From IMG/VR virus record IMGVR_UViG_2740892229_000006, positions 1 through 6,320 of that record: a stretch of DNA of 6,320 bases. The stretch is one strand, 5' to 3'. Source of the stretch: a virus. Taxonomy: Duplodnaviria > Heunggongvirae > Uroviricota > Caudoviricetes. Positions within the stretch are counted from its first letter, which is position 1. Each line of letters starts with the position of its first letter. The translations under genes were made by a program, and so were the position numbers. Shown in pieces: positions 1 through 6,320 of the stretch. The notes under the pieces are model-generated. The model was not told where the DNA came from. It searched no databases and saw nothing but the letters and a program-made list of their open reading frames with translations.

Positions 1-251
1 TCCTGCTGCTTTAATGCTGCGGTAAACACACACTTCCAGCTTTCTGCATCCAGCCAGCGACCATGCCATTCAACCTGACGCGAAACGTCACCAAGGCAAG
101 CCCAAAGCTTCCGATTTTGGTCTAAGCTGCGGTTGCGCTCCTGAATGGTTACTACGATTGGTTTTGTTGGGTCTGGAAGGATTTGCTGTACTGCGTGAAT
201 AGCGTTTTGCTGATGTACTGGAGATCGAATTTCAAAGGTTAGTTTTTTCAT
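1..251 (-). CDS. ninB: NinB/Orf-family recombination mediator, N-terminal 83 codons only (gene runs off the left edge of the window)
   Basis: Hand translation of the minus strand from ATG 251-249 gives MKKLTFEIRSPVHQQNAIHAVQQILPDPTKPIVVTIQERNRSLDQNRKLWACLGDVSRQVEWHGRWLDAESWKCVFTAALKQQ with no stop before position 1. This matches the lambda NinB N-terminus as I recall it. SD GGGAGAGGGAAG lies just upstream of the ATG. Absent from the ORF track, presumably because there is no stop inside the window. Confidence 0.8.
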   Translation of the reverse strand, partial: MKKLTFEIRSPVHQQNAIHAVQQILPDPTKPIVVTIQERNRSLDQNRKLWACLGDVSRQVEWHGRWLDAESWKCVFTAALKQQ

Positions 252-265
252 GACTTCCCTCTCCC

Positions 266-299
266 CCAAATAAAAAGGCCTGCGATTACCAGCAGGCCT
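266..299 (-). terminator. Intrinsic terminator after the primase-helicase gene (tR2-like position)
   Basis: Perfect 8-bp GC-rich inverted repeat AGGCCTGC (276-283) / GCAGGCCT (292-299) with an 8-nt loop. On the minus-strand transcript the stem is followed by UUUUUAUUU (complement of plus 268-276). It lies 30 nt downstream of the helicase stop (329-331) and just upstream of the ninB SD. Confidence 0.6.
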
Positions 300-328
300 G
301 TTATTAGCTCAGTGATGTAGATGGTCAT

Positions 329-2209
329 TTAATACTCCGTCACGTTTTCCTGTCGCCACGCCTCGTCATATTCCGATTTCGGCATATTGGCGATGTAGCT
401 ATAAGGCGATCCTGATTCAAGTTGCAGGAACTGGTGCGATTGCTCGTCAAGGAACAACGGGACACCACCTTCCCAACCTTCGCCGTTACGTTGTTTTTCA
501 AGCATCAAAACAGATGCCGGAGATGCCAGTAACTGTTCGTCCTTCTCTGACATCTTTTCACCACTCTGAACTCTCTGTAACGCTCTCTCGCGAGCCTTGT
601 TACGCCAGATGATGAAAAGGTTGTCTGTCAGGTCTGTTATCGCTCCAGAGCCTTTTACGTCCATTTTCCCGGTTGGTTTTTCTTCGCTGTCTCCTTTTCT
701 CGAGTGAGTAACGAGAATGACGTGGGAGTTTGTTTTGTTTTTGAAATCGCAAATCGAGTCAACAAACGCCTTCTGCCCGTTATAGTCATCGTCGCCTATG
801 CCACATTTCATCAGGCTGTCGATGATGAATAACTGGATCCCGTATCGGCGGCGAGCGTAGTCGAATATTTCGATCAGCCTGTCGGCTTTCGCCGTTCCGG
901 TCAGGCCAAACACCCAAAGTCTTTCGTCATAAAATTTAAATGCAGAGTCAATTTCCAGCACTGGCGGCATCTTGCAGCACGTCGCCTGACGGGTAAGTCG
1001 CTTAAGGAGAATGCCTGGCTTCAGCTCAAGTGACGCGATGCACGTCTTCACACCCTGACGCATTGCCTCAAGTGCCATATGCCCGACAACCTCCGTTTTT
1101 CCGTGACCGTTCACACCATTGACCAGCGTCAACTCGGCCTCACGGAACTGGAATTTATCTGCCAGAGATTCCCACGGTGGATTAAACAGATACTGCTGCT
1201 TGCCGTAGAAAGCGTTGATAGTGTCCTGGTAAAACTCTCGCGCGCTGTAGAGTTCTTCAGGATCGAAGTAGGATGCCGTGCCGATGTACTGCCAGATTTC
1301 ATCCTCGGTAACACCGTTCATCAGGCATTCGTTGATGTCTTTGTGCGGCAGAGTAACAAGACGGCAACGATGTTCACCGAGTCGGCTTGCGATTTCCCTT
1401 GCGGCTTCACGACCAACATCATCAACGTCCATCGAGATGAATATTTCCTCAAACCTGTCGAGGTTGTGATACTCAAACTCAATCCACTGTTGCTTAGCGC
1501 CTTTCCCGCCACCAAACGGCACGGATAACGCCGAGATGCCGTATTGCGCATAGCTCATACAATCAATTTCGCCTTCGCAAAGTACAACCGCCCTCACGCC
1601 AGCGTCCAGAGCCTGCCATCCGAACAGACAAGGTTCGCAATCACCTTCTGCCATAATGACTTTCTTCCCGTCCGGGCGCTCAGTGCTGATTCGCTTGACC
1701 TGCAACAACTCACCATCGCGTTTGTACGGAAGCACCAGAGCATCCAGTTCTCGCTCTCCATTCCACACCTTACCGCTGACAACCTCGTAGCGCTTTACGA
1801 CTTCTGGCGATATGCCACGCGATTGCAGGTACTCAAGATGGGATTCTGTTCTGGTAACGTAGCGGGCGATTTTCTTGCGATCAGGTCTGGAGAATTTCTT
1901 CTCACGTTTGGCATCGAAATGGTGATCGTCATCCTTGATACCGAGAAATGCTTTCGCTTCCTGCATAGCCTGATGCAGGTTAATTCCACGACATGCCATC
2001 CACAAATCAAGCATGTCACCGCCGTCTCCCTCAGCGAAATCAGCCCATTTTTTCTTGCCGCTAAGGTTGACCTTAAGGCTGTTTCCCTTGTCACCGTTGA
2101 CGTTACCGGCAACCCACTCATGCCCCTCTTTTTTGCCGTTTGGCAACAGGTGCGGAGCCACCCTGTCAACCTGCGACCAAAGCAGGTCGCTGAGTTCACT
2201 TGGCGTCAT
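329..2209 (-). CDS. Phage replicative primase-helicase (toprim-like N-terminal half, RecA-fold NTPase/helicase C-terminal half), in the position of lambda P
   Basis: 626-codon ORF from the track, stop TAA 331-329, SD GAGGGA 4 nt before ATG 2209-2207. Motifs read from the translation: acidic toprim-like VVLCEGEIDCMSYAQYG; Walker A GVNGHGKT; Walker B-like LFIIDSLMK; then VILVTHSRK. It sits directly downstream of the O-like initiator. Domain assignment is by motif recognition only. Confidence 0.8.
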   Translation of the reverse strand: MTPSELSDLLWSQVDRVAPHLLPNGKKEGHEWVAGNVNGDKGNSLKVNLSGKKKWADFAEGDGGDMLDLWMACRGINLHQAMQEAKAFLGIKDDDHHFDAKREKKFSRPDRKKIARYVTRTESHLEYLQSRGISPEVVKRYEVVSGKVWNGERELDALVLPYKRDGELLQVKRISTERPDGKKVIMAEGDCEPCLFGWQALDAGVRAVVLCEGEIDCMSYAQYGISALSVPFGGGKGAKQQWIEFEYHNLDRFEEIFISMDVDDVGREAAREIASRLGEHRCRLVTLPHKDINECLMNGVTEDEIWQYIGTASYFDPEELYSAREFYQDTINAFYGKQQYLFNPPWESLADKFQFREAELTLVNGVNGHGKTEVVGHMALEAMRQGVKTCIASLELKPGILLKRLTRQATCCKMPPVLEIDSAFKFYDERLWVFGLTGTAKADRLIEIFDYARRRYGIQLFIIDSLMKCGIGDDDYNGQKAFVDSICDFKNKTNSHVILVTHSRKGDSEEKPTGKMDVKGSGAITDLTDNLFIIWRNKARERALQRVQSGEKMSEKDEQLLASPASVLMLEKQRNGEGWEGGVPLFLDEQSHQFLQLESGSPYSYIANMPKSEYDEAWRQENVTEY

Positions 2210-2313
2210 GATTCCCTCAGATTGAGATTTTTAAACCAGAAATCGACAAACGAAATACTTAACCAGCCGTGGTTATAACCAGCGACCAGTAGCGATTTGA
2301 TTTTTGATTTCAT
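2206..2313 (-). CDS. Hypothetical 35-aa micro-ORF bridging the O-like gene and the primase-helicase
   Basis: Hand translation: ATG 2313-2311, MKSKIKSLLVAGYNHGWLSISFVDFWFKNLNLRES, stop TGA 2208-2206. SD AGGTGA precedes it. The ATG is 3 nt after the O-like stop (TGA 2319-2317) and its stop overlaps the helicase start in an ATGA arrangement. Too short for the ORF track. It could be a coupling ORF rather than a functional protein. Confidence 0.3.
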   Translation of the reverse strand: MKSKIKSLLVAGYNHGWLSISFVDFWFKNLNLRES

Positions 2314-2316
2314 GGT

Positions 2317-3177
2317 TCACCTGTCGAAAAACACGTAGCCAGTTTTCGATACGGTGATTGCGGATGATGGTTTGGATTGTGGTTGAATGGTTTCTGGCTT
2401 TTCGTCGTTCCAGCGCTGACCGTTGAGGTAGCTCGATGGTAACAACCTGTCGAATCCGAACTGCTTACCATTCCTGCATGCGATGTCTTCTGCCAGCATC
2501 GTGGCAAACTCGCTTGCCGTACCCCTTGTAGTTTTACGCCATTCCCTGAACTGTGTTCTGAATGCCGAAGCTGCGTTTTTCTTCCCGGCTTTCCGCATGC
2601 CTGCACACCAGAATATTTCCTCGAATGCCTTGTCGGTTTCTTCGTGACGGTCAGGTGATTTTTCACACTCCGTCCGAACACTTTCGGACATAGTGTTTTT
2701 ATTATTTCTTTTTTCTTTTGTAATAGTTTCTTTTGTGTGTCCCTGTTTTGGTGACAGCGCTGTCACCGTTTTGGTGACACTTTTTGTCACCAATGTAGTG
2801 ACATTATCACCAGAGTAGTGACACCCTTCTATTTTCCATTCTTCGATGTTCTTGTTAGGACCGATTTGCTGGCCTTCGCGAAGGATAACCTTCATCGCGA
2901 TAAGCTCATTCTTGGCCTTGTTTACCTTCTGTCTTGGCAGCCTGGTAATTTGAGCTAACTGACTATCAGAGATGCGATCCATCTTTTTACCGTAGCCGTA
3001 TGTTTTACGGCATATGGCGTGGGCAACCTTGCTCTGATTTTTCGTTAAATCTGCGCCGATAAGCTCTTCATACAGGGCATTTGCAAGACGGGTATAACCA
3101 TCTTCAACTTCTGCCACACGACGCTCCACAGGCCGTTGTGAAGGCCTTAAATGTGTTACGGTTGCAAGATTACTCAT
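2317..3177 (-). CDS. O: Replication initiator with lambda O-like N-terminal iteron-binding domain and a non-lambda C-terminal domain
   Basis: 286-codon ORF, ATG 3177-3175, SD AAGGAG upstream. Residues about 25-115 ([89 protein letters not shown]) align to the lambda O N-terminal domain as I recall it. Iteron repeats and an AT-rich tract lie inside the coding sequence, as in lambda ori. The C-terminal approx 120 aa do not resemble the lambda O P-binding domain. Confidence 0.85.
   Translation of the reverse strand: MSNLATVTHLRPSQRPVERRVAEVEDGYTRLANALYEELIGADLTKNQSKVAHAICRKTYGYGKKMDRISDSQLAQITRLPRQKVNKAKNELIAMKVILREGQQIGPNKNIEEWKIEGCHYSGDNVTTLVTKSVTKTVTALSPKQGHTKETITKEKRNNKNTMSESVRTECEKSPDRHEETDKAFEEIFWCAGMRKAGKKNAASAFRTQFREWRKTTRGTASEFATMLAEDIACRNGKQFGFDRLLPSSYLNGQRWNDEKPETIQPQSKPSSAITVSKTGYVFFDR
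2690..2745. other. AT-rich DNA-unwinding tract of the replication origin, inside the O-like gene
   Basis: The run tagtgtttttattatttcttttttcttttgtaatagtttcttttgtgtg is strongly A+T-rich against an approx 50% GC background. It lies immediately downstream, in gene orientation, of the iteron cluster, the same arrangement as lambda ori. Confidence 0.6.
2750..2826. repeat. Origin iterons: about four tandem dyad repeats built on GGTGACA/TGTCACC
   Basis: GGTGACAGCGCTGTCACC (2750-2767, perfect 18-bp palindrome); GGTGACACTTTTTGTCACC (2773-2791); GTGACATTATCACC (2798-2811); GTGACAC (2818-2824). Spacing is about 20-24 bp, all in the O-like N-terminal coding region. Confidence 0.7.
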
Positions 3178-3316
3178 GACCTTTCTCCTTCTGCATCAGC
3201 TTCACTTTTTCCAACTCAGCCCGGAATCGACCAGGCTGCTTGAAGCTGGACAGGAAGCGATCACGTAGTATGTGTTTGTGAATTTTGTCCTGGTAAGGAC
3301 TGAGTTGTTTTGTCAT
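3170..3316 (-). CDS. Hypothetical 48-aa basic protein between cII and the O-like gene
   Basis: Hand translation: ATG 3316-3314 preceded by SD AGGAG (CCACAGGAGTCATT-ATG); [48 protein letters not shown]; stop TAA 3172-3170, overlapping the O-like start by 8 nt. Too short for the ORF track. Lambda has no gene here as I recall (cII and O are about 30 bp apart). Confidence 0.4.
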   Translation of the reverse strand: MTKQLSPYQDKIHKHILRDRFLSSFKQPGRFRAELEKVKLMQKEKGHE

Positions 3317-3350
3317 AATGACTCCTGTGGATTGATCCAGTCTTTCTACA

Positions 3351-3629
3351 TCAGGCCTCGAAGAATTCGCCGTTCTTCGGGGCTTTTTCTTTTGTCAGCA
3401 TTCTGGCTACTTTCTTAGCCAGTTCCGCCAACTCCTCGTCTTCAACACCCCATTCAAGAACAGCCAGAAGCATTCCCATTTTGGGGATGAAGCTGTCTTT
3501 CCATCGCGAAATTTGCGATTCATTAATCCCTAACGCGTCGGCAACCTTTCGCTGACCACGTACAGCAATTCGATTCAGGATGTTGCTTGTAATTGCATTC
3601 GCTTTCTTGCGAGTACTTGTAAGTTGCAT
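3351..3629 (-). CDS. cII: CII-like transcriptional activator (lysogeny establishment)
   Basis: ATG 3629-3627 with SD AAGGAAA; stop TGA 3353-3351; 92 aa: [92 protein letters not shown]. The core SQISRWK...[13 protein letters not shown] matches lambda CII. The track's longer start at 3689 is rejected: no SD, and the extension would cover the pRE -10 region. Confidence 0.85.
   Translation of the reverse strand: MQLTSTRKKANAITSNILNRIAVRGQRKVADALGINESQISRWKDSFIPKMGMLLAVLEWGVEDEELAELAKKVARMLTKEKAPKNGEFFEA
3355..3393 (+). terminator. Intrinsic terminator on the strand antisense to the cII 3' end (oop-RNA-like terminator)
   Basis: 11-bp stem GCCTCGAAGAA (3355-3365) / TTCTTCGGGGC (3373-3383) with one G-U pair and a 7-nt loop, followed on the plus strand by TTTTTCTTTT (3384-3393). 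No U-run follows on the minus strand, so it is unidirectional against cII. The position matches the lambda oop terminator. Confidence 0.6.
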
Positions 3630-3648
3630 ATGTAAGTATTTCCTTAGA
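3607..3648 (+). promoter_or_regulatory. pRE-like CII-activated promoter reading toward cI
   Basis: TTGC-N6-TTGT (3607-3620) is in the same register relative to the cII start codon as the lambda TTGC-N6-TTGC CII site. It is followed by ATGTAAGTATTTCC with -10 AAGTAT (3634-3639), which matches lambda pRE as I recall it. Confidence 0.45.
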
Positions 3649-3663
3649 TAACAATTGATTGAA

Positions 3664-3685
3664 TGTATGCAAATAAATGCATACA
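3664..3685 (-). other. Palindrome in the nutR-to-cII spacer (tR1-like position)
   Basis: TGTATGCA-AATAAA-TGCATACA, an 8-bp inverted repeat with a 6-nt spacer, lying where lambda has the rho-dependent tR1 region. Rho dependence cannot be read from sequence. Confidence 0.3.
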
Positions 3686-3708
3686 CCATAGGTGTGGTTT
3701 AATTTGAT

Positions 3709-3740
3709 GCCCTTTTTCAGGGCTGGGATGTGTAAGAGCG
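3709..3740 (-). promoter_or_regulatory. nutR N-utilisation site (boxA + boxB)
   Basis: Minus-strand boxA CGCTCTTAC (complement of 3732-3740) and boxB GCCCTGAAAAAGGGC (complement of 3709-3723; 5-bp stem GCCCT/AGGGC, loop GAAAA), immediately downstream of cro on the PR transcript. Confidence 0.8.
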
Positions 3741-3748
3741 GGAATGTC

Positions 3749-5101
<1,353 letters not shown>

Positions 5102-5151
5102 TCCCCACCTCAATCTCAGTAACCCAAAAACAAACTATTTTCCGTTTAAAA

Positions 5152-5219
5152 ACAATGGAGTTTGTTTTTTGCACCTTCGTTTACAATATTTCTTGTTTAC
5201 AACATACAATCTTTCTTGT
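5152..5219. promoter_or_regulatory. Left operator: OL3 (5152-5165), OL2 (5183-5196), OL1 (5206-5219), 434-type sites
   Basis: Plus-strand 14-mers ACAATGGAGTTTGT, ACAATATTTCTTGT and ACAATCTTTCTTGT all fit ACAA-N6-TTGT. Spacing and position relative to pL mirror the OR arrangement. Confidence 0.8.
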
Positions 5220-5231
5220 AATTTTAAGCCA
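5196..5231 (+). promoter_or_regulatory. pL promoter for N and the leftward early operon
   Basis: -35 TTTACA (5196-5201), 17-bp spacer containing OL1, -10 TAATTT (5219-5224). The probable start near 5231 (ATCAGCAGGACGCACTGACC) matches the lambda pL transcript 5' end as I recall it. Confidence 0.5.
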
Positions 5232-5263
5232 TCAGCAGGACGCACTGACCACCATGAAGGTGA

Positions 5264-5294
5264 TGCTCTTAAAAATTAAGCCCTGAAGAAGGGC
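5264..5294 (+). promoter_or_regulatory. nutL N-utilisation site (boxA-like + boxB)
   Basis: boxA-like TGCTCTTAA (5264-5272) and boxB GCCCTGAAGAAGGGC (5280-5294; stem GCCCT/AGGGC, loop GAAGA), about 35-65 nt into the pL transcript and upstream of N. Confidence 0.8.
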
Positions 5295-5404
5295 AGCATT
5301 CAAAGCAGAAAGCTTTGAGTAGCGCGAAATGCAGCTGCAAGACAGCAACCGTGGAGATAAGCATCACGGCGCGTTACTCAAAGCTAACTGACAGGAGAAT
5401 CCAG

Positions 5405-5731
5405 ATTGATGCACAAACACGCCGCCGCGAACGTCGCGCAGAGAAACAGGCTCAATGGAAAGCAGCAAATCCCCTGTTGGTTGGGGTAAGCGCAAAACCA
5501 GTTAACCGCCCTATTCTCTCGCTGAATCGCAAACCGAAATCACGAGTAGAAAGCGCACTGAATCCGATAGACCTTACGGTGCTGGCTGAATACCACGAAC
5601 AGATTGAAAGCAACCTGCAACGTATTGAGCGCAAGAATCAGCGCACATGGTACAGCAAGCCACGCAGTGAAATGGGTGTGACTTGTGTTGGTCGCCAGAA
5701 AATGAAATTAGGCAGCAAACCACTTATTTGA
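5405..5731 (+). CDS. N: N transcription antiterminator, with ATT at the conserved initiation position
   Basis: The in-frame translation from 5408 is DAQTRRRERRAEKQAQWKAANPLLVGVSAKPVNRPILSLNRKPKSRVESALNPIDLTVLAEYHEQIESNLQRIERKNQRTWYSKPRSEMGVTCVGRQKMKLGSKPLI, stop TGA 5729-5731. It matches lambda N (MDAQTRRRERR..., arginine-rich boxB-binding motif), with a divergent C-terminal approx 20 aa. The codon at the expected start is ATT (5405-5407), with SD AGGAGA (5393-5398) 6 nt upstream. The track's ORF begins at TTG 5315, which has no SD and lies within the nutL leader just after boxB. Confidence 0.75.
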   Translation: MDAQTRRRERRAEKQAQWKAANPLLVGVSAKPVNRPILSLNRKPKSRVESALNPIDLTVLAEYHEQIESNLQRIERKNQRTWYSKPRSEMGVTCVGRQKMKLGSKPLI

Positions 5732-5739
5732 GGTGAGAT

Positions 5740-6210
5740 ATGACAAAATCATGGAGCGTACCTTTTCCTGAATCAGAAACTGAACATGATGGAATGCCTG
5801 TTTTCTGGAGATTCCAGGCGACAGTTGAAGAAGATGGGATCAAAATATTCGCACTTCAATATATAGCTTTTCATCAGACAGAGCATTATGCATGGTTGGT
5901 TCCTGCGTATTGGATTGTTAATTTTAAACCAGCACCAAATCAGTGGTTACAGGAATGGAAACAAAGGAGAAATAGATATGCAATTAAGAAAGTAGCAAAA
6001 AATGCAGAAAGATCTTTTGCATTCCCGACGAAGAAACTTGCCATTGAAAGTTTATTGCGCCGAAAGAAATACCATTTGATGAGAATCAAACAAGATTTGG
6101 CTGTTGTATCAACTCTTGTTGATGGGATGAAGAATATTGATACATCAACACCAGATATTGAATATAACTTTGGACACAACCAAGAAACAGAAAATTGGGT
6201 ATTTTATTAG
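5740..6210 (+). CDS. Hypothetical 156-aa protein, AT-rich, translationally coupled to N
   Basis: ATG 5740-5742 is 8 nt after the N stop, with SD AGGTGAG immediately upstream; stop TAG 6208-6210. The coding sequence is visibly more A+T-rich than its neighbours (Lys/Asn/Ile-rich, AAA/ATT codons). No motif I recognise and no obvious transmembrane segment. Confidence 0.65.
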   Translation: MTKSWSVPFPESETEHDGMPVFWRFQATVEEDGIKIFALQYIAFHQTEHYAWLVPAYWIVNFKPAPNQWLQEWKQRRNRYAIKKVAKNAERSFAFPTKKLAIESLLRRKKYHLMRIKQDLAVVSTLVDGMKNIDTSTPDIEYNFGHNQETENWVFY

Positions 6211-6224
6211 TACAAATAAGCACT

Positions 6225-6252
6225 GTGTATTCATTCCAACGAGTGAATACAC
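6225..6252. other. Perfect 9-bp inverted repeat (stem-loop) just downstream of the 156-aa ORF
   Basis: GTGTATTCA (6225-6233) / TGAATACAC (6244-6252) with a 10-nt loop. No clear U-tract follows on the plus strand, so it is not a canonical intrinsic terminator. Confidence 0.35.
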
Positions 6253-6320
6253 GGAGCAATGTCGCTCGTAACTAAACAGGAGCCGACTTGTTCTGATTAT
6301 TGGAAATCTTCTTTGCCCTC

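Noticed and set aside
1079-2278. Plus-strand ORFs in the track (1079..1528, 1278..1469, 1544..2278, 2013..2225) and minus-strand off-frame ORFs (1129..1314, 1321..1551, 1594..1782, 1795..2199)
   Set aside because: All lie within the 626-aa primase-helicase gene, antisense or in alternative frames. None has a convincing SD, and their translations are low-complexity (S/T/R/L-rich), as expected for shadow ORFs of a real gene.
2310-2681. 123-aa minus-strand ORF from the track
   Set aside because: Alternative frame entirely inside the O-like initiator gene. The product is Ser/Thr/His-rich with no recognisable features.
3630-3689. Upstream extended start for cII (track start 3689)
   Set aside because: The internal ATG at 3629 has a good SD and yields a 92-aa protein matching CII family length. 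The extension (MVYAFICIHSINCYLRKYLH) is hydrophobic and covers the promoter region.
5128-5170. Possible intrinsic terminator after the post-cI gene (AAACAAACT / AGTTTGTTT stem followed by TTTTTT)
   Set aside because: The stem is almost entirely A-U pairs with a 22-nt loop, and the T-run overlaps OL3. It is too weak to call, though a timm-like terminator is expected somewhere here.
5315-5404. TTG-initiated N-terminal extension of N (track start 5315)
   Set aside because: No SD, and it would start translation inside the nutL leader right after boxB. The conserved N-terminus begins at 5408 with a properly spaced SD. The start-codon anomaly is reported as a finding instead.
5452-5634. 60-aa minus-strand ORF inside N
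   Set aside because: Antisense shadow ORF within N, with no SD.
5940-6179. 79-aa minus-strand ORF inside the 156-aa gene
   Set aside because: Antisense within an AT-rich gene, where spurious ORFs are common. The product is hydrophobic and low-complexity, and there is no SD.

Overview
This window is the immunity and early-replication core of a lambdoid prophage, in reverse orientation to the conventional lambda map. All calls are from reading the sequence and translations by hand and from memory of lambda/434 sequences; no searches were run. Left to right: ninB (5' part, minus strand), an intrinsic terminator, a 626-aa primase-helicase (-), a 35-codon coupled ORF, an O-like initiator (-) with ori iterons inside it, a 48-codon ORF, cII (-) with an oop-like antisense terminator and pRE, a tR1-like palindrome, nutR, cro (-), OR1-OR3, cI (+), a cI-coupled signal-peptide protein (+), OL3-OL1 with pL, nutL, N (+) and an AT-rich 156-aa ORF coupled to N. 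The repressor, Cro and all six operators match phage 434 immunity, while nutL, nutR, N and ninB are lambda-like and cII and the replication genes are not, so the prophage is mosaic. The best leads are two unrecognised accessory genes at classic moron/defence positions (4697-5101 after cI; 5740-6210 after N) and an N gene with ATT where the conserved ATG start should be. I see no multi-gene system that is clearly novel; the accessory genes are single-gene candidates only.
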